This document shows, piece by piece, positions 51,665 through 64,000 of a stretch of 64,000 bases of DNA. Location of the stretch: the NCBI RefSeq assembly GCF_024223415.1, contig NZ_CP100500.1, one strand, 5' to 3'. The notes below the pieces were generated by a model, which worked only from the letters and a program-made list of their open reading frames with translations, made no database searches and was not told the DNA's origin. The position numbers and the translations under genes are program-made. Numbering within the stretch: position 1 is the first letter of the stretch; each line of letters opens with the position of its first letter. Source of the DNA: Escherichia coli. GTDB taxonomy: Bacteria > Pseudomonadota > Gammaproteobacteria > Enterobacterales > Enterobacteriaceae.

Positions 51665-54370
51665 TTATTGCAGGCGACCATGGCACTGCTTGTATTTTTT
51701 ACCAGAACCGCACGGGCAAGGATCGTTACGTCCTACTTTGCGCTCACCGGTTTGCGCCGCCAGTGCAGCTGCGGCTGCAGAGTCGTCATCCTGATGGCTA
51801 AGCTGCTGCATTTGCGCTAAACGCTCGGCTTCCATACGACGCTGTTGTTCCAGCTCCTCAACCTCTTCAGGCATACGTACCTGAACTTTGCTCAGCGTGC
51901 TGATAACTTCATATTTCAACGACTCCAGCATCGCTGCAAACATGGAGAACGATTCACGTTTGTATTCCTGCTTCGGATCTTTCTGTGCGTAGCCACGCAG
52001 GTGGATACCCTGACGCAGATAGTCCATCGCTGCCAGGTGCTCTTTCCACAGGGAGTCAAGCGTTTGCAGCATGACGCCTTTCTCGAAGTGACGCATCATC
52101 TCTGCACCAACCACTTCTTCTTTACGCTGATACACTTCGATGGACTGCGCCAGAATGCGCTCACGCAGCGTCTCTTCATGCAGTTCTGGTTCTTTATCCA
52201 GCCACTCAGCAATTGGTAAATCGAGGTCGAAATCGTTCTTCAGACGTTCCTGCAGCCCCGTAATATCCCACATTTCTTCCAGCGACTGTGGCGGAATGTA
52301 GGCATCAATGGTGGCTTTGAACACATCTTCACGAATGCTGTTAATGGTTTCGCTCACATCGCTGACATCCAGCAGTTCGTTACGCTGGGAGTAAATGGCG
52401 CGACGCTGATCGTTAGCCACGTCATCATATTCCAGCAGTTGCTTACGAATGTCGAAGTTACGGCTTTCAACTTTACGCTGGGCGTTAGCAATCGCTTTGG
52501 TCACCCACGGGTGTTCAATGGCTTCGCCTGGCTTCATACCCAGTTTACGCATCATGCCGGATACTCGGTCAGAAGCAAAAATACGCATCAGCGCATCTTC
52601 CATCGACAGGTAGAAACGGGAAGAACCAGCATCCCCCTGACGACCAGAACGACCGCGCAACTGGTTATCGATACGACGGGATTCGTGACGCTCGGTACCG
52701 ATGATATGCAGGCCACCTGCTGCCAGTACCGCATCGTGACGTACCTGCCAGTCGGCTTTAATTTTTTCAATTTGCTCTGCGGTCGGATTTTCCAGCGCGG
52801 CAACTTCTGCCTGCCAGCTACCACCGAGCACAATATCTGTACCACGACCCGCCATGTTGGTCGCGATAGTCACCGCAGCCGGATAACCTGCCTGAGCAAC
52901 AATCGCCGCTTCGTTGGCGTGGAATTTGGCGTTCAGGACATTGTGCTTAATACCGGCTTTGGTCAGTTCGTTTGACACCAGCTCCGATTTTTCGATGGAG
53001 ATAGTACCCACCAGCACCGGCTGGCCTTTCGCAGTACGTTCTTTGATATCTTCAATGATCGCCTGAATTTTTTCCGCTTCAGTCATGTAGACCAGGTCCG
53101 GCAGATCTTTACGAATCATTGGACGGTTGGTCGGAACAACGACGGTATCCAGTTTGTAGATGGAGCTAAATTCGAAAGCTTCGGTATCAGCAGTACCGGT
53201 CATCCCCGCCAGTTTTTCATACAGACGGAAGTAGTTCTGGAAGGTGATCGAAGCCAGCGTTTGGTTTTCGTTCTGGATCTGCACACCTTCTTTCGCTTCC
53301 ACAGCCTGGTGCAGACCATCGGACCAGCGACGGCCCTGCATGGTACGACCGGTGTGTTCGTCAACGATGATAACTTCACCATCTTTAACGATGTAGTCGA
53401 CGTCACGGGTAAACAGCGCATGAGCGCGCAGCGCCGCCGTTACGTGGTGCATCAGCATGATGTTGGCCGGAGAGTACAGAGACTCCCCTTCATCCATGAT
53501 GCCCTCTTTCACCAGCAGTTCTTCAATCAGGACCAGACCACGTTCGGTCAGGTTCACCTGGCGAGATTTTTCGTCCACCGAGAAGTGGCCTTCGCCCTGG
53601 AAGGTTTCGGAGTCTTCTTTTTCCTGGCGGATCAGGTGTGGAATAATTTTATTCACGCGTTTATACATTTCCGAGCTGTCTTCTGCCGGACCGGAAATGA
53701 TCAGCGGTGTACGCGCTTCATCGATCAGGATTGAGTCCACTTCGTCCACCAGCGCATAGTGCAGTTTACGCTGTACACGTTCTTCAGGGCTGAACGCCAT
53801 GTTGTCGCGCAGGTAGTCAAAGCCGTATTCGTTGTTCGTACCGTAAGTGATGTCAGCTGCGTAAGCTTCACGCTTTGCCGGTGCTGGCATGCCCGGCAGG
53901 TTGATACCGACAGTCAGGCCAAGGAATTCAAACAGCGGACGGTTGTTTTCGGCGTCACGTTGCGCCAGGTAGTCGTTGACGGTAACTACATGCACGCCTT
54001 TACCGGTTAGTGCGTTCAGGTAAGCAGGCAGCGTTGCGGTCAGGGTTTTACCTTCACCGGTACGCATTTCGGCGATGCAGCGTTCGTTAAGAACCATACC
54101 GCCGAGTAACTGAACGTCGAAGTGACGCATACCAAAGACGCGCTTACTTGCCTCACGTACCACGGCGAAAGCTTCCGGGATCAGATTTTCCAGCACTTCG
54201 CCTTTTTCCAGACGTGCACGAAATTCTGCGGTTTTCCCTTTCAGTTCTTCGTCGGAGAGTTTTTCCATCTCCGGTTCCATGGCATTGATGATGTTGACCA
54301 CTTTGCGCATCCGGCGCAGGGTGCGATCGTTACGACTACCGAAAACTTTAGTTAATAATTTGATTAGCAT
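51665..54370 (-). CDS. secA: preprotein translocase ATPase SecA
   Basis: 901 aa [38 protein letters not shown]...; C-terminal zinc-binding [14 protein letters not shown]. Confidence 0.95.
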   Translation of the reverse strand: MLIKLLTKVFGSRNDRTLRRMRKVVNIINAMEPEMEKLSDEELKGKTAEFRARLEKGEVLENLIPEAFAVVREASKRVFGMRHFDVQLLGGMVLNERCIAEMRTGEGKTLTATLPAYLNALTGKGVHVVTVNDYLAQRDAENNRPLFEFLGLTVGINLPGMPAPAKREAYAADITYGTNNEYGFDYLRDNMAFSPEERVQRKLHYALVDEVDSILIDEARTPLIISGPAEDSSEMYKRVNKIIPHLIRQEKEDSETFQGEGHFSVDEKSRQVNLTERGLVLIEELLVKEGIMDEGESLYSPANIMLMHHVTAALRAHALFTRDVDYIVKDGEVIIVDEHTGRTMQGRRWSDGLHQAVEAKEGVQIQNENQTLASITFQNYFRLYEKLAGMTGTADTEAFEFSSIYKLDTVVVPTNRPMIRKDLPDLVYMTEAEKIQAIIEDIKERTAKGQPVLVGTISIEKSELVSNELTKAGIKHNVLNAKFHANEAAIVAQAGYPAAVTIATNMAGRGTDIVLGGSWQAEVAALENPTAEQIEKIKADWQVRHDAVLAAGGLHIIGTERHESRRIDNQLRGRSGRQGDAGSSRFYLSMEDALMRIFASDRVSGMMRKLGMKPGEAIEHPWVTKAIANAQRKVESRNFDIRKQLLEYDDVANDQRRAIYSQRNELLDVSDVSETINSIREDVFKATIDAYIPPQSLEEMWDITGLQERLKNDFDLDLPIAEWLDKEPELHEETLRERILAQSIEVYQRKEEVVGAEMMRHFEKGVMLQTLDSLWKEHLAAMDYLRQGIHLRGYAQKDPKQEYKRESFSMFAAMLESLKYEVISTLSKVQVRMPEEVEELEQQRRMEAERLAQMQQLSHQDDDSAAAAALAAQTGERKVGRNDPCPCGSGKKYKQCHGRLQ

Positions 54371-54431
54371 AATAAAATCTCAAACGCCCCGCGTTGCGGA
54401 GTTAATAAAATGAAGTAAAGGTTTATTGTTG

Positions 54432-55112
<681 letters not shown>

Positions 55113-55174
55113 TCACCTGGCCGGAGAGAGTGCCAGATTTGCCAGTCGAATTTTATACGACAGTATAAATGTCG

Positions 55175-56113
<939 letters not shown>

Positions 56114-56192
56114 CTATCCAACCGAAGTGTACTATACATTCGGCGGGCCAGTTTAGCACAAAGAGCCTCGAAACCCAAATTCCAGTCAATTC

Positions 56193-57344
56193 TTAATCAG
56201 CTTGCTTACGCAGGAATGCTGGGATATCCAGATAATCCGGCTCTTTCGCAGTTTGCGGCGCATTGTCATTCACGACTTTAGCAACCGGCTTCTGCTCCTG
56301 GGTCAGCGGAGCCATCCCATGCTGCTGGTAGCGATCCATCACTGGCTGCTGAACCTGCTTATTGGTCACCAGAGTGATTTCAGGACGTTTGTCCATGCCG
56401 ATACCTGTCGCAACAACGGTTACGCGCAGCTCGTCATTCATATCCGGGTCAAGAGAAGTACCGATAACCACAGTCGCGTTGTCGGAAGCAAATGCACGGA
56501 TGGTGTTACCTACCGTTTCGAACTCATCCAGACGCAGGTCGAAGCCCGCCGTGATGTTAACCAGCACGCCGCGCGCGCCAGACAGGTCGATATCTTCCAG
56601 CAGCGGAGAAGAGATAGCCATTTCAGCAGCTTCTTCCGCACGGTCTTCACCGCTCGCCACGCCAGAACCCATCATTGCGTAGCCCATTTCAGACATTACG
56701 GTGCGTACGTCTGCAAAGTCCACGTTCATCAAACCCGGACGAGTAATCAGTTCAGCGATACCTTGCACAGCGCCTTTCAGTACATCGTTCGCTGCGCCAA
56801 ACGCATCCAGCAGGGAGATACCGCGGCCCAGAACTTTCAGCAGTTTGTCGTTCGGGATAGTGATCAGAGAGTCCACATGCTTGGACAGTTCAGTGATCCC
56901 CTGCTCGGCGAATGCCATACGCTTCTTGCCTTCAAAGTTGAAAGGCTTAGTGACGACAGCAACGGTCAGGATACCCAAATCTTTTGCCACTTCAGCGACG
57001 ACTGGTGCTGCACCTGTACCGGTACCACCACCCATACCCGCAGCAATAAAGACCATGTCTGCACCTTCCAGCGCCGCACGCAGTGCATCGCGATCCTCAT
57101 CAGCCGCATTGCGGCCAACTTCTGGATTAGCGCCAGCGCCCAATCCTTTGGTGATACCGCTACCGATTTGAATCGTCTGTCCAACCGCTGTTTTACGCAG
57201 CGCTTGTGCATCGGTATTTACCGCGAAGAATTCAACACCTTCAATGCGCTCGCGCACCATGTGTTCAACAGCATTACCGCCGCCGCCGCCGACGCCGATG
57301 ACTTTAATCACCGCGTCATTGGTAAGTTCCATTGGTTCAAACAT
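56193..57344 (-). CDS. ftsZ: cell division GTPase FtsZ
   Basis: 383 aa; tubulin signature GGGTGTG; C-terminal [14 protein letters not shown]. Confidence 0.97.
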
Positions 57345-57404
57345 AGTTTCTCTCCGATTTGTGCCTGTCGCCTGAGGCCGTAATCATCGTCGGCCTCATA
57401 AAAA

Positions 57405-58667
57405 TTAAAACTCTTTTCGCAGCCAACTATTGAGTCGCTTGATCCACGAGCCAACTGATGCTGTAACACGTTTTTCTACTTCAGCTTCACCGTTAAGATG
57501 TGACTCTTTCCCATAGTGAAGCAATCCCACCGCCGTCGAATAATACGGCTCCTGAGCATAATCCGTTAAACCGGTAATGTTCAGCGGCGCGCCGATACGC
57601 ACTTGCGTATGAAACACGCGCTGAGCACAGGCTGCAAGACCTTCGATCTGCGCTGCGCCACCAGTTAATACAATGCCTGCCGCCAGGTGATGTTTAACCC
57701 CTTGTTGGCGAAGCTTTTCCTGCAACTGCAATATCTCTTCGTTGACCAGGTTGAGCAGCTCGGTATAGCGCGGCTCGATCACCTCTGCCAGGGTCTGACG
57801 TTGCAGACTCCGCGGCGGACGACCGCCTACGCTCGGCACTTCCACGCTCTCATCTTTTCCAACGATGGAACCCAGCGCACAACCGTGGCGAACTTTAATC
57901 GCTTCGGCGTCGCTTGGCGGCGTGCCAAAGGCGTAAGCGATATCACTGGTCACGACATTGCCAGCATAAGGAATTACCTTAGTGTGGCGCAATGCCCCAC
58001 CGGTATAAACGGCGATATCCATTGTACCACCACCGATATCGACGACGCAGACACCCAGTTCACGTTCATCTTCCGTCAATACCGAATAACTTGATGCCAG
58101 ACCGGCAAATATCAGTTGGTCAACTTTCAGCCCACAACGTTCAACCGCTTTGACGATGTTTTTCGCCATATCGTTGTGACATGTGATCAGGTGCACTTTT
58201 GCCTGCATCCGCACGCCCGAAAGTCCTACCGGATTCTTGATCCCTTCCTGATAGTCAATCGCATACTCTTGCGGGATCACATGCAGCACACGATGCTCAT
58301 CGCGCACACGCACCGATTTCGCGGTATGGACGACGTTTTCCACATCTTCTTGCGTCACTTCTTCTTCAGAAATAGGCACCATACCAATTTCATTCTGGCA
58401 GCTGATGTGCTTACCAGAAAGCGCCAGATATACCGAAGAGATCTGACAATCTGCCATCAATTCTGCCTGGTCAATGGCACGTTGTACGCACTTGACCACG
58501 GATTCGAGGTCGTTCACCCCGCCTTTATCCATACCACGCGACGGGCAGCTGCCCACGCCAATGATATTGACCATACCGTCGGGCAGAACTTCCCCTACTA
58601 AAGCGGCAACCTTCGCGGTACCAATCTCCAGTCCTACTACCAGTTTTCTGTCCGTCGCCTTGATCAT
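57405..58667 (-). CDS. ftsA: cell division protein FtsA (actin-like ATPase)
   Basis: 420 aa [27 protein letters not shown]... Confidence 0.95.
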   Translation of the reverse strand: MIKATDRKLVVGLEIGTAKVAALVGEVLPDGMVNIIGVGSCPSRGMDKGGVNDLESVVKCVQRAIDQAELMADCQISSVYLALSGKHISCQNEIGMVPISEEEVTQEDVENVVHTAKSVRVRDEHRVLHVIPQEYAIDYQEGIKNPVGLSGVRMQAKVHLITCHNDMAKNIVKAVERCGLKVDQLIFAGLASSYSVLTEDERELGVCVVDIGGGTMDIAVYTGGALRHTKVIPYAGNVVTSDIAYAFGTPPSDAEAIKVRHGCALGSIVGKDESVEVPSVGGRPPRSLQRQTLAEVIEPRYTELLNLVNEEILQLQEKLRQQGVKHHLAAGIVLTGGAAQIEGLAACAQRVFHTQVRIGAPLNITGLTDYAQEPYYSTAVGLLHYGKESHLNGEAEVEKRVTASVGSWIKRLNSWLRKEF

Positions 58668-59494
58668 TGTTGTTCTGCCTGTGCCTGATTTTGTTGCTGA
58701 GTAGATTCCTCTGGCGGCAATGGCGCCCAGCCTACTGCCGCTCCAGAGTCATAACGCAAATCAACGTAGCTAATCCGTTTGCCATCGGTTTGCGCCTGCT
58801 GCTGTAAAACCGGATAAAGTTCTACAAAGCGAGCCAAACGTTTCATCGTATCGCCCCGGCCAAGATTGAGCTTAATATCGTTATTCAGCGTCAACTGCCA
58901 GGAACGCCGCGCGGTCATCGCCGCTTCCTTCAGAGTAAATCTGTCCTTTGCCAGCATCTGCCCCATTTCGCGATAGCCCTGCAACACTTCATTGGCGCTG
59001 CCTTCCGGGCCATACAGCATTGGAAGCACCTGCTTGCTGGTGCGATCTGGCGGCACGCTGAAGGTGTTTCCTTCCGCGTCTACCATATGTTGATCATTCC
59101 ACCGCGCAATCGGCACATATTCAACCAGATGAATCTTCAATTCATCAGGCCACTGCTTTCTGACGCTCACCTGCTTAATCCACGGCAGGCGTTGTTCTAT
59201 TTGCGTCTGGATGATGTTGACATCCTGGGTCATAAAGGTACCTGGCTCACCCAATGCCAGGATCGACTGCCGGATATCGTCATTACGCGTGTAATGCCGT
59301 TCACCGGTCAACACCAGCTTTGAGAGCGGCAGGCGTTGCGCATCTTCCATCCAGCCCAACACGACCCAGCCGCTCACCAACACTGTCGTTAAAACGGTCA
59401 GCAGGAAAAGGATCCCCGCCAGACGCGTTCCATTATTGCGGCGAGAAGAAACCTCTTCTTCGCTATTTCGCGTGTTCAGAGCAGCCTGCGACAT
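58664..59494 (-). CDS. ftsQ: cell division protein FtsQ
   Basis: 276 aa, single TM then POTRA domain; overlaps ftsA start. Confidence 0.9.
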   Translation of the reverse strand: MSQAALNTRNSEEEVSSRRNNGTRLAGILFLLTVLTTVLVSGWVVLGWMEDAQRLPLSKLVLTGERHYTRNDDIRQSILALGEPGTFMTQDVNIIQTQIEQRLPWIKQVSVRKQWPDELKIHLVEYVPIARWNDQHMVDAEGNTFSVPPDRTSKQVLPMLYGPEGSANEVLQGYREMGQMLAKDRFTLKEAAMTARRSWQLTLNNDIKLNLGRGDTMKRLARFVELYPVLQQQAQTDGKRISYVDLRYDSGAAVGWAPLPPEESTQQQNQAQAEQQ

Positions 59495-59495
59495 A

Positions 59496-61884
<2,389 letters not shown>

Positions 61885-61937
61885 TCTTTACGCCATTAAC
61901 TTCTTAAATTCATACGATGCAAAAGGCATCGCTACAA

Positions 61938-63005
61938 TTACGCCCGGGCAGCCCGGCTCACTTCATTTGCCACTCGCTCGGTGGCATCCGGAATGGATGC
62001 AGCGCGGGCGCGTTCTGCCATGGTTAATAAGGTTTCTCGCGACCACCCGGCCAGGGTGTTGGCGACAGCATCCACGCTAAGCTGTGGCTGCTCGATAATT
62101 TTGGCTGCGCCCGCTTTTTCCAGCGGTAGCGCATTCCAGTATTGCTGGCGGTCTTTATGTTGAAACGGCACAAACAACGCCGGTAGTCCTGCCGCGGCGA
62201 TTTCACTCACCGTTAAAGCACCGGAGCGGCAAACGACGACATCCGCCCACGCATACGCCGCCGCCATATCATCAATAAATTCAGTCACTTTATGCTGCGG
62301 TTGCCCCGCTTCGGCATACGCCTGTTCAACGGATTGTTGCGAACCTTTGCCGCTCTGATGCCAGATAGTGACTGAATCACCCAGTTTCGCAGCAACCTGC
62401 GGCATTGTCTGGTTAAGAATGCGTGCGCCCTGGGAACCACCCACTACCAGCACACGAACCGGACCTTCACGTCCAGCCAAACGTTGCTGCGGCAACGGTA
62501 GCGCCAACACATCGGTACGCACCGGGTTACCCACCACTTCCGCATTGGGGAAAGCACCTGGAAACGCCTGCATTACTTTGGTGGCAATCTTTGCCAGCCA
62601 TTTATTGGTTAAGCCCGCAATACCGTTTTGTTCATGAAGTACAACCGGAATACCTAACGACCACGCGGCCAGACCACCAGGACCTGATACGTAGCCGCCC
62701 ATACCGAGCACCACGTCAGGTTTGTACGCTTTCATAATCGCCCGCGCCTGACGCCAGGCATTGAAGATACGCAGCGGCGCAGCTATCAGTGCTTTTATAC
62801 CTTTTCCACGCAGACCAGAGATACGAATGAAATCAATTTCGATGCCATGTTTTGGCACTAAGTCCGCTTCCATACGGTCGGCAGTCCCCAGCCAGCGAAC
62901 TTGCCAACCCTGAGCCATTAGATGGTGCGCAACCGCCAGTCCCGGGAATACATGTCCACCGGTTCCGCCTGCCATCACCATTAATCGCTTTCCTTGACCA
63001 CTCAT
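61938..63005 (-). CDS. murG: UDP-GlcNAc:undecaprenyl-PP-MurNAc-pentapeptide GlcNAc transferase
   Basis: 355 aa [40 protein letters not shown]... Confidence 0.95.
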
Positions 63006-64000
63006 CGTGAACCTCGTACAAACGCCTGCGCTTTCTCCAGACGCGTTTCATAATCAATACGCAACAGCATCATGATGGCTGTCGACATAATCAGTAAGCT
63101 CGAACCACCGTAACTGATCAGCGGCAATGTCAGACCTTTGGTCGGTAACATCCCCGCCGCCGCGCCTACGTTAACCAGCGCCTGGAAGCTAAACCAGATG
63201 CCAATAGAACAGGCGAGAAAACCGGAAAAACGGTGGTCAATTTCTAATGCTTTACGGCCAATCGACATCGCGCGAAAAGCGACGAAGAATACCATTAAAA
63301 GTGCCAGCACCACACCGACATACCCCAGTTCTTCGCCGATAATGGCGAAAATAAAGTCAGTGTGCGCTTCCGGCAGATACTCCAGTTTTTGTACCGAGTT
63401 ACCTAAACCTTGCCCCCAAAGTTCGCCGCGACCAAACGCCATCAGCGATTGCGTTAACTGATAGCCGCTGCCAAAGGGATCTTCCCACGGGTTCCAGAAT
63501 GCGGTAACACGGCGGATACGGTACGGTTCGGCGAGTATCAGCAACACAACCGCTGAAATGCCCATACCGATAATGGCAATGAACTGCCACAATTTCGCTC
63601 CCGCCAGGAACAACATCGCCAGCGTAGTCACAAACAACACCACCACCGTACCAAGGTCTGGCTGTGCCAGCAGTAACACTGCCAACACCAGAATCACGCC
63701 CATCGGTTTCAGGAAGCCGCGCAGGTTATTACGTACTTCGTCGCCTTTACGCACCAGATAGTTGGCGATATAGCAAAACAGCGACAGTTTTGTCAGCTCC
63801 GCAGGCTGGATACGCAGCAAACCGAGATCGATCCAACGCGATGCCCCTTTAACCGAGCTCCCCACTACCAGCACGATCATCAGCAGGATGATAGATCCGA
63901 GCAGCATCGTGGCACTGTAGCGTTGCCAGAACTCCATCGGCAGACGCAGCGTAATGATCGCCAGAATAAACGCCAAAATCAGATAGACACCATCACGCTT
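63002..64000 (-). CDS. ftsW: peptidoglycan glycosyltransferase FtsW (SEDS family), 3' portion only; gene continues past window end
   Basis: multi-TM SEDS sequence ending ...[19 protein letters not shown]; reading frame open to position 64000; overlaps murG start. Confidence 0.85.

Noticed and set aside
56202-57383. 393-aa plus-strand ORF
   Set aside because: Antisense to ftsZ, whose minus-strand product is a complete FtsZ with the tubulin signature GGGTGTG.

Overview
This 64 kb window reads as an Escherichia coli-type core chromosome segment, in reverse-complement orientation relative to the K-12 convention. All gene calls rest on reading the supplied six-frame translations against remembered protein families; no database search or alignment was run. 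Gene order is gluQ-pcnB-folK, a seven-gene yad chaperone-usher fimbrial operon, panB-panC, rpnC, panD, yadE-yadI-yadH-yadG, can, hpt, gcd, cueO, yacC, speE-speD, yacL, acnB, yacH, lpd-aceF-aceE-pdhR, aroP, ampE-ampD, nadC, ppdD-hofB-hofC, guaC, coaE-zapD-yacG, mutT, secA-secM, lpxC and the end of the dcw cluster (ftsZ, ftsA, ftsQ, ddlB, murC, murG, partial ftsW). Most of it is ordinary housekeeping DNA, and I found no phage, integrase, IS element, CRISPR array or rRNA/tRNA gene. The points worth a second look are: (1) a free-standing small ORF downstream of rpnC that duplicates the Rpn C-terminal module, plus an internal SD/ATG-ATG inside rpnC, consistent with the reported Rpn/RpnS toxin-antitoxin-like arrangement; (2) a 2.5 kb two-gene insertion (GPH-family MFS transporter plus GH43 glycosidase) between aroP and ampE; (3) an in-frame amber stop splitting ampE; (4) a yad fimbrial operon that is intact but appears to be a divergent allele; (5) tandem 96 bp repeats and an Asp/His-rich tract in yacH; (6) a tandem REP/BIME array that appears to supply the last codons of mutT. 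Several known regulatory sites (PdhR box, CueR-type promoter, CRP-like site, intrinsic terminators) are readable directly. Comparisons to K-12 rest on recalled gene order and lengths and need confirmation by alignment.
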